Positions 7,346 through 11,642 of a DNA stretch of 11,642 bases are shown one piece after another. Each line of letters begins with the position of its first letter. Position 1 is the stretch's first letter. The notes below the pieces were generated by a model, which was not told the DNA's origin, ran no database searches, and was given only the letters and a program-made list of their open reading frames with translations. The translations under genes and the position numbers were made by a program. This DNA is from a candidate division WOR-3 bacterium. GTDB taxonomy: Bacteria; Hydrothermota; Tepidihabitantia; Tepidihabitantales; Tepidihabitantaceae. The stretch covers positions 1-11,642 of the forward strand of contig CBFGJV010000010.1 in assembly GCA_965649205.1 (NCBI GenBank). The letters are read 5' to 3'.

Positions 7346-7926
7346 ATCCCATAAAGATATTCACAGCGGCTTTTCTCGTAAACAATATCGTTCTGATGCG
7401 TTTTATAGGTCTTTGTCCGTTCTTTGGGGTCTCTTCCTCTCTGGACACTTCATTGGGTATGAGCGCGGCAGTCCTGTTTGTCATGATGCTTGCCGCTTGG
7501 GTCTCTTGGCTGCTCTATCATCTCCTGCTGCTTCCCTTAGGAGTCGTATTCCTGCGCACTGCAGTTTTCATCCTGGTAATTGCCGGCCTGGTACAGTTAG
7601 TCGAGATGGTGTTGAAAAAACACGTGCGTACCCTCTACTCAGCCATGGGCATCTATCTACCCCTCATAACTACCAACTGCGCTATACTTGGTGTGACTTT
7701 TCTGAACATAAACTACCAATTCAACCTGCTCCAGGCAACCGTGTTCGCCTTCGGAACTGCCTTGGGTTTTGCCCTCGCCCTCATCTTGTTTGCCTCCATC
7801 CGGGAGCGACTAAATGACGCCCCTATCTCCTCCTCATTCCGAGGTTACCCCATAGCTTTTGTGGCAGCATCTCTTGTTTCTCTGGCCTTCTTGGGTTTCG
7901 CCTCTTTGTTTGGCATTTCACTCTAG
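7342..7926 (+). CDS. rnfA: Rnf electron transport complex subunit A
   Basis: LVNNIVLMRFIGLCPFFGVS; LRTAVFILVIAGLVQLVEM; GIYLPLITTNCAILG; SIRERL; SLAFLGF. Confidence 0.96.
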   Translation: MNPIKIFTAAFLVNNIVLMRFIGLCPFFGVSSSLDTSLGMSAAVLFVMMLAAWVSWLLYHLLLLPLGVVFLRTAVFILVIAGLVQLVEMVLKKHVRTLYSAMGIYLPLITTNCAILGVTFLNINYQFNLLQATVFAFGTALGFALALILFASIRERLNDAPISSSFRGYPIAFVAASLVSLAFLGFASLFGISL

Positions 7927-7930
7927 ACCT

Positions 7931-8941
7931 ATGGATTGGACATTACTATTAACCGCAGTAGCTACGTTAGCAGGCTTGGGGCTCGTCATCGCCGCCCTGC
8001 TTGCCTTTGCGTCGATCAAATTTGCCGTCCGAGTGGATGAAAAAGAAGCGGCTATACGTGCCGCCTTGCCAGGCGCCAACTGCGGCGCGTGTGGTTTTCC
8101 GGGTTGTGACGGTTACGCTGCCGCGGTAGCCGCAGGCAAAGCTCCGCCCAATGCCTGTACAGTTGGCGGTACGGCAGTAGCTTCGCGTATCGGTGAAATT
8201 GTTGGCCTTTCGTTGGAAGTTGCGCAACCGAAAGTTGCGGTACTCGTATGCCGGGGAAGCCGAGAAGTGGCTCCCCAACGTTTTCGTTATGAAGGAGCGT
8301 ACAACTGTCGCCAAGCCGCCATCCTGCACGGCGGACCCAAAGCCTGCATCTACGGATGCGTGGGCATGGGACATTGCGTGTCAGTCTGTCCGTTTTCGGC
8401 CATAACTATGGGCACAGACGGTTTGCCGGACATAGACGAAAAAAAATGTACAGGTTGCGGCAAATGTGTGGCGGAATGTCCGAAACGCACCCTCATGCTA
8501 CTTCCCCGTTCCAAACTTGTATATCTTGCCTGTTCGTCTCACGACCGGGGCAAGGCAGTAAAAGACGTATGCAAGGTCGGTTGTATCGCCTGTGGTCTCT
8601 GCGTAAAAGCATGTCCGGCCGGCGCTTTGAAATTGGTCGACAACCTACCGGTCATGGACTTTGCAAAATGCATCGACTGTGGCATATGTGTGCATAAGTG
8701 TCCGACAAAATCTTTCATTGACCGAGCTCCCGGACGTCCAAAGGCAACCATAAATCCCAAATGCACAGGCTGTCAGGAATGCGTCAAAGTCTGCCAGTTC
8801 AAGGCAATTGAGGGCGAACCCGCAAAGCAACATCGCGTGGTTGCCGAGAAATGTATCGGTTGTGGCGAGTGTCGGCGGGTATGCAAGTACTCCGCCATAG
8901 ATATGGTCGGGGCTTTAGGTCACTCGGTCCGCTCCACCTGA
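7931..8941 (+). CDS. rnfB: Rnf electron transport complex subunit B, polyferredoxin type (336 aa)
   Basis: TM anchor; LPGANCGACGFPGCDGYA...C Fe-S domain; CIYGCVGMGHCVSVCP, CTGCGKCVAECP, CIACGLCVKACP, CIDCGICVHKCP, CTGCQECVKVCQ, CIGCGECRRVCK. Start is ATG 7931, 4 nt after the rnfA stop; the ORF-track start at 7859 lies inside rnfA. Confidence 0.95.
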   Translation: MDWTLLLTAVATLAGLGLVIAALLAFASIKFAVRVDEKEAAIRAALPGANCGACGFPGCDGYAAAVAAGKAPPNACTVGGTAVASRIGEIVGLSLEVAQPKVAVLVCRGSREVAPQRFRYEGAYNCRQAAILHGGPKACIYGCVGMGHCVSVCPFSAITMGTDGLPDIDEKKCTGCGKCVAECPKRTLMLLPRSKLVYLACSSHDRGKAVKDVCKVGCIACGLCVKACPAGALKLVDNLPVMDFAKCIDCGICVHKCPTKSFIDRAPGRPKATINPKCTGCQECVKVCQFKAIEGEPAKQHRVVAEKCIGCGECRRVCKYSAIDMVGALGHSVRST

Positions 8942-8956
8942 CAACCACCACGTCGC

Positions 8957-8986
8957 TTGACAATGGTTCTATTTGGAATCTAATGT
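8957..8986 (+). promoter_or_regulatory. Probable internal sigma70 promoter for the GNAT/bCerS-like gene
   Basis: TTGACA (8957-8962), followed by TCTAAT (8979-8984, 16-nt spacer) or TAATGT (8981-8986, 18-nt spacer). Confidence 0.55.
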
Positions 8987-8987
8987 A

Positions 8988-9002
8988 GGCGAGAAACTCG
9001 CC
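8988..9002 (+). other. Small GC-rich hairpin GGCGAG-AAA-CTCGCC between rnfB and the GNAT gene
   Basis: Perfect 6-bp inverted repeat with no U-tract, so not a classic intrinsic terminator. Confidence 0.45.
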
Positions 9003-9018
9003 ATCCAGGCGGAAGGCA

Positions 9019-10131
9019 ATGCTTAGTGTAGAAGAAGTAAAAACCCCGGCTCAATTGGAAAAGTTCTTGGCGCTGCCTTGGAACATATACGCCGGTGATC
9101 ATAACTGGGTTCCCCCGATAAGAAATGAGGCAAAGAAACTACTGGACCATAACCATCATCCTTTCTGGCAGCATGCCCGTGGAGTTCTGTTCCTGGCATG
9201 TATAAATAACAGACCCGTAGGTAGAACCAGCGCTCAGATAGATCACAACTACAACGAATTATGGAAGGAAAAACAGGGTTCGTTTGGGTTTTTTGAGTGC
9301 ATAGACGACCAAGAGGTTGCCTGCGCACTATTGGACGCTGCGGCCAGTTGGCTGAAAAGCCAAGATATGCGCATACTGCGGGGTCCCATGAGTCCGTCAT
9401 CAAACGACGAATGGGGTCTTCTCGTACGCGGTTTTGACCGCCCCCCGACAATTATGATGCCCTACAACCCGCCCTACTACGAACGGTTGCTGGAAAATGC
9501 GGGATTGCACAAGGCAAAGGACCTGCTTGCCTTCATAAAGTACGCCCGCACTCCTATGCCTGAGCGGTTAACAGTTCTCGCCCAGAAATTGAAAGACAAC
9601 CCCCACATAACCGTAAGGCCGGTAAACATGAACGACCTGAAGAACGAAATGCACATAATCAAAGAACTATACAATGCCTCTTGGCAGATGAACTGGGGAT
9701 TTTCACCTATGACCGATGCCGAGATGGACCTGCTGGCCGCACAGCTTAAGACATTTGCCGAACCTCAAATGATACTACTGGCTTTTTATGACAACAAGCC
9801 GGCCGGTCTTTCTATAACCCTTCCGGACATAAATCAGGTCCTCCGGAAACTCAACGGGAGGCTTGGTCTTGTGGGCATGGTCAAATTCCTGCACTATCGG
9901 CGGAAAATAACCGGTGCCCGGGCTTTGGTCTTCGGTTTCAAGACAGAGTATCGCCGCCTGGGTCTGCCAGTGCTATTATTCTACGAAACTGAACAATATA
10001 TGCGCCGACGGGGCTATAAATGGTGTGAGCTGTCCTGGAATTTAGAAGATAATCGTCTTATAAACGAGTTTGACCGCGCCCTTGGGGCCCGCGAGTATAA
10101 GCGCTACCGCGTGTACGAACGCCCTCTTTAG
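9019..10131 (+). CDS. GNAT-fold N-acyltransferase of the YghO / bacterial ceramide synthase (bCerS)-like family
   Basis: FLALPWNIYAGDHNWVPPI...HPFWQHA...FLA...VGRTSAQID...GSFGFFECIDD...LRGPMSPSSNDEWGLLVRGFDRPPTIMMPYNPPYY...KDLLA...YNASWQMNWGFSPMT...LPDINQ...ELSWNLEDN...YKRYRVYE. The motif string and ~370-aa length are typical of this family. A GGCGGAAGG SD-like sequence lies upstream. Confidence 0.85.
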   Translation: MLSVEEVKTPAQLEKFLALPWNIYAGDHNWVPPIRNEAKKLLDHNHHPFWQHARGVLFLACINNRPVGRTSAQIDHNYNELWKEKQGSFGFFECIDDQEVACALLDAAASWLKSQDMRILRGPMSPSSNDEWGLLVRGFDRPPTIMMPYNPPYYERLLENAGLHKAKDLLAFIKYARTPMPERLTVLAQKLKDNPHITVRPVNMNDLKNEMHIIKELYNASWQMNWGFSPMTDAEMDLLAAQLKTFAEPQMILLAFYDNKPAGLSITLPDINQVLRKLNGRLGLVGMVKFLHYRRKITGARALVFGFKTEYRRLGLPVLLFYETEQYMRRRGYKWCELSWNLEDNRLINEFDRALGAREYKRYRVYERPL

Positions 10132-10150
10132 TTTGATCAGCTGAACCCAT

Positions 10151-10648
10151 TCACTCCGGAACATTGCTGTAACGGGCAAAACGTAGCAGGGCGAGCAACT
10201 CGATCAGCGCTCCAAAGTACAAAAGCTGACTGGCAACCCAAGAACGACGCAGGGCCAAAAGAAACTGGGGATTGTCCGGCACCAAGGCCAAATACAATGC
10301 GCGCAAGACCGTGTGCCCCACGGCCCAGCCGCAGGCTACAGCAAATAGCAGAGCAAAAAGATAATTAAAGATTCCCCAGTCAAACGGCAGGAACCTGCTT
10401 AGCACAAAGGCCAGTAGAATTCCCAACCCGGCCAGAACCAGGAAAGAAACACTGTACGAAACAAAAGGGGTAATCTCTGTTCTCAGACTTACAAATCTCA
10501 TGACCCGGTAAGCAGCCGCCGCCGCAGATGCAAGGAGAATTGTTTCGAAGAAAACTCGCGAAATGTCACGTATGCCCCGCATGAACTGGACACCACCCAC
10601 CGTAGCCACCAGTCCGATAGAAAAAATGTCAACCCAGTTAAACTGCAT
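10151..10648 (-). CDS. CvpA (colicin V production)-like four-TM membrane protein, divergent
   Basis: N-terminal NWVDIFSIGLVATVGGVQFMRG resembles the CvpA start (NWxD...G.xRG); about four hydrophobic segments; 165 aa. Confidence 0.6.
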   Translation of the reverse strand: MQFNWVDIFSIGLVATVGGVQFMRGIRDISRVFFETILLASAAAAAYRVMRFVSLRTEITPFVSYSVSFLVLAGLGILLAFVLSRFLPFDWGIFNYLFALLFAVACGWAVGHTVLRALYLALVPDNPQFLLALRRSWVASQLLYFGALIELLALLRFARYSNVPE

Positions 10649-10670
10649 TCTTAGCGCTGAACTGGAGGAT

Positions 10671-10919
10671 TTATGAGTGATTCAAGGGTCTTTTGAAAAA
10701 CAGGATGGCTTTAGTGATAATTCCATCTCTATTTGAGCCGTTTATCACACTGACCAGTTCCCACCCTTCGGCTCCCAACTGACAAAGATACTGTTCCACG
10801 CCTTCCTGGGTATTACGCGGCTTTTTTTCACCCGGCACATGCACACCCCAGCGAGCCATGAGCAATACCGGGTTCATATGTACATCAATCCAAACCAACT
10901 TGTATTCCCATTGAGTCAA
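10671..10919 (-). CDS. DUF4177-family small protein
   Basis: MTQWEYKLV...LCQLGAEGWELVSV...LFFKRP is the characteristic DUF4177 pattern. TTG start with AAGGAG (10925-10930) 5 nt upstream. Confidence 0.85.
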   Translation of the reverse strand: MTQWEYKLVWIDVHMNPVLLMARWGVHVPGEKKPRNTQEGVEQYLCQLGAEGWELVSVINGSNRDGIITKAILFFKRPLNHS

Positions 10920-10937
10920 ACGTGCTCCTTTTGCGAG

Positions 10938-10965
10938 ATAGTAGTCTCTTCTTGCCCGTGGTCAA
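10938..10965 (-). promoter_or_regulatory. Sigma70-type promoter for the DUF4177 and cvpA-like genes
   Basis: Minus strand TTGACC (10960-10965), 16 nt, TACTAT (10938-10943), directly upstream of the SD sequence. Confidence 0.62.
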
Positions 10966-11006
10966 GCTTTCCCATAGAAGACCCCAGCACGCTCAGTCCA
11001 AAAGTG

Positions 11007-11642
11007 TTACATCAGCATGCCGCCGTCCACACGTATAACCTGACCGGTTATGTAGCTAGCAGCATCGGAAACTAAGAACAGACACACACTCGCCACGTCC
11101 TGAGGCGTGCCGAAACGTCCCAGAGGAATTGCGGCAGCGTAAACCTCGCGTGTCTCCTTGCTTAACTTTTCTGTCATGGCGGTACTGATGAAACCAGGGG
11201 CAATGGCGTTGACTGTGATATTCCTCGGCGCCAGCTCACGTGCCGTCGACTTTGTGAGCCCGATTAACCCTGCCTTGGCCGAGGCGTAATTTGCCTGGCC
11301 GGCATTTCCCATTTGACCTACAACTGAGCTAATGTTTACTATCCGACCCCAACGTTGCTTCAACATCTGTCTCGCGCACACCTTGGTGAAATTGAAGGCA
11401 CCCTTGAGATTCACCGCAATGACAAGGTCAAAATCGGTTTCACTCATTCTCACTAGCAGGGCATCCCGGGTTATACCGGCATTGTTAACCAGAATGCTAA
11501 CGCTGCCCAGTTCCTGCTCGATTATCCCGCAAGTCTTTTCCACGCCCCCAAACTCAGAAACATCAACTTGATAGGCACGAGCAGAACCGCCGCTGGCAGC
11601 CAGCTCGCCGGCCACACTTGCAGCCATTTCGTAACTTATGTC
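11007..11642 (-). CDS. fabG: 3-oxoacyl-[ACP] reductase FabG (SDR); 5' end beyond the window edge
   Basis: LVNNAGITRDALLVRMS; NLKGAF; GRIVNISSVVGQMGNAGQANYASAKAG (S...YxxxK); VNAIAPGFIST; IPLGRFG; YITGQVIRVDGGM. The frame stays open to 11642 (DISYEMAAS...), so the GxxxGxG N-terminus is outside the window and ATG 11627 is internal. Confidence 0.92.
   Translation of the reverse strand, partial: DISYEMAASVAGELAASGGSARAYQVDVSEFGGVEKTCGIIEQELGSVSILVNNAGITRDALLVRMSETDFDLVIAVNLKGAFNFTKVCARQMLKQRWGRIVNISSVVGQMGNAGQANYASAKAGLIGLTKSTARELAPRNITVNAIAPGFISTAMTEKLSKETREVYAAAIPLGRFGTPQDVASVCLFLVSDAASYITGQVIRVDGGMLM

Noticed and set aside
3882..8833. Numerous antisense or out-of-frame ORFs within the rnf operon (e.g. 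4217-4624, 4638-5075, 5287-5793, 7413-7817, 7967-8374)
   Set aside because: Expected shadow ORFs of conserved genes, without protein-like motifs.
8280..8900. Recurring TGY-rich motifs in rnfB resembling a DNA repeat array
   Set aside because: They are codons of ferredoxin CxxCxxCxxxC motifs, not CRISPR or tandem DNA repeats.
9023..11571. ORFs 9023-9451 (-), 9477-9674 (-), 10839-11075 (+) and 11332-11571 (+)
   Set aside because: They are antisense to the GNAT, DUF4177 or fabG genes and have no independent support.
1..11642. Mobile elements, defence systems, CRISPR arrays, tRNA/rRNA, riboswitches and selenocysteine/pyrrolysine recoding
   Set aside because: No transposase or integrase motifs, no spaced repeats, no intergenic gap longer than about 120 nt, and no in-frame stops within conserved genes.

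Overview
A mostly housekeeping window from a probable diderm (LolA-encoding) anaerobic or facultative bacterium. Its core is a complete Rnf ferredoxin:NAD+ oxidoreductase operon in the order rnfC-D-G-E-A-B (3708-8941, +), with a long polyferredoxin-type RnfB. Transcribed divergently to the left are lolA-like, PaaI-type thioesterase and rimO genes. Beyond them lies a 371+ aa minus-strand gene that runs off the left edge and is missing from the ORF track. It looks like a transglutaminase-like (SirB1-type) domain with a degenerate catalytic triad followed by a TPR. To the right are a 370-aa YghO/bacterial ceramide synthase (bCerS)-like GNAT-fold protein (+) and, converging on it, a partial fabG, a DUF4177 protein and a CvpA-like membrane protein (-). 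Five near-consensus sigma70 promoters are visible. I found no mobile element, CRISPR array, RNA gene, recoded stop or clearly new multi-gene system. The best leads are the bCerS-like acyltransferase, the pseudo-transglutaminase-TPR protein, a 10-codon bridging mini-ORF between rnfE and rnfA, and a LolA with a natural 'R43L-like' substitution. All family assignments come from recognising motifs by eye, not from database searches.
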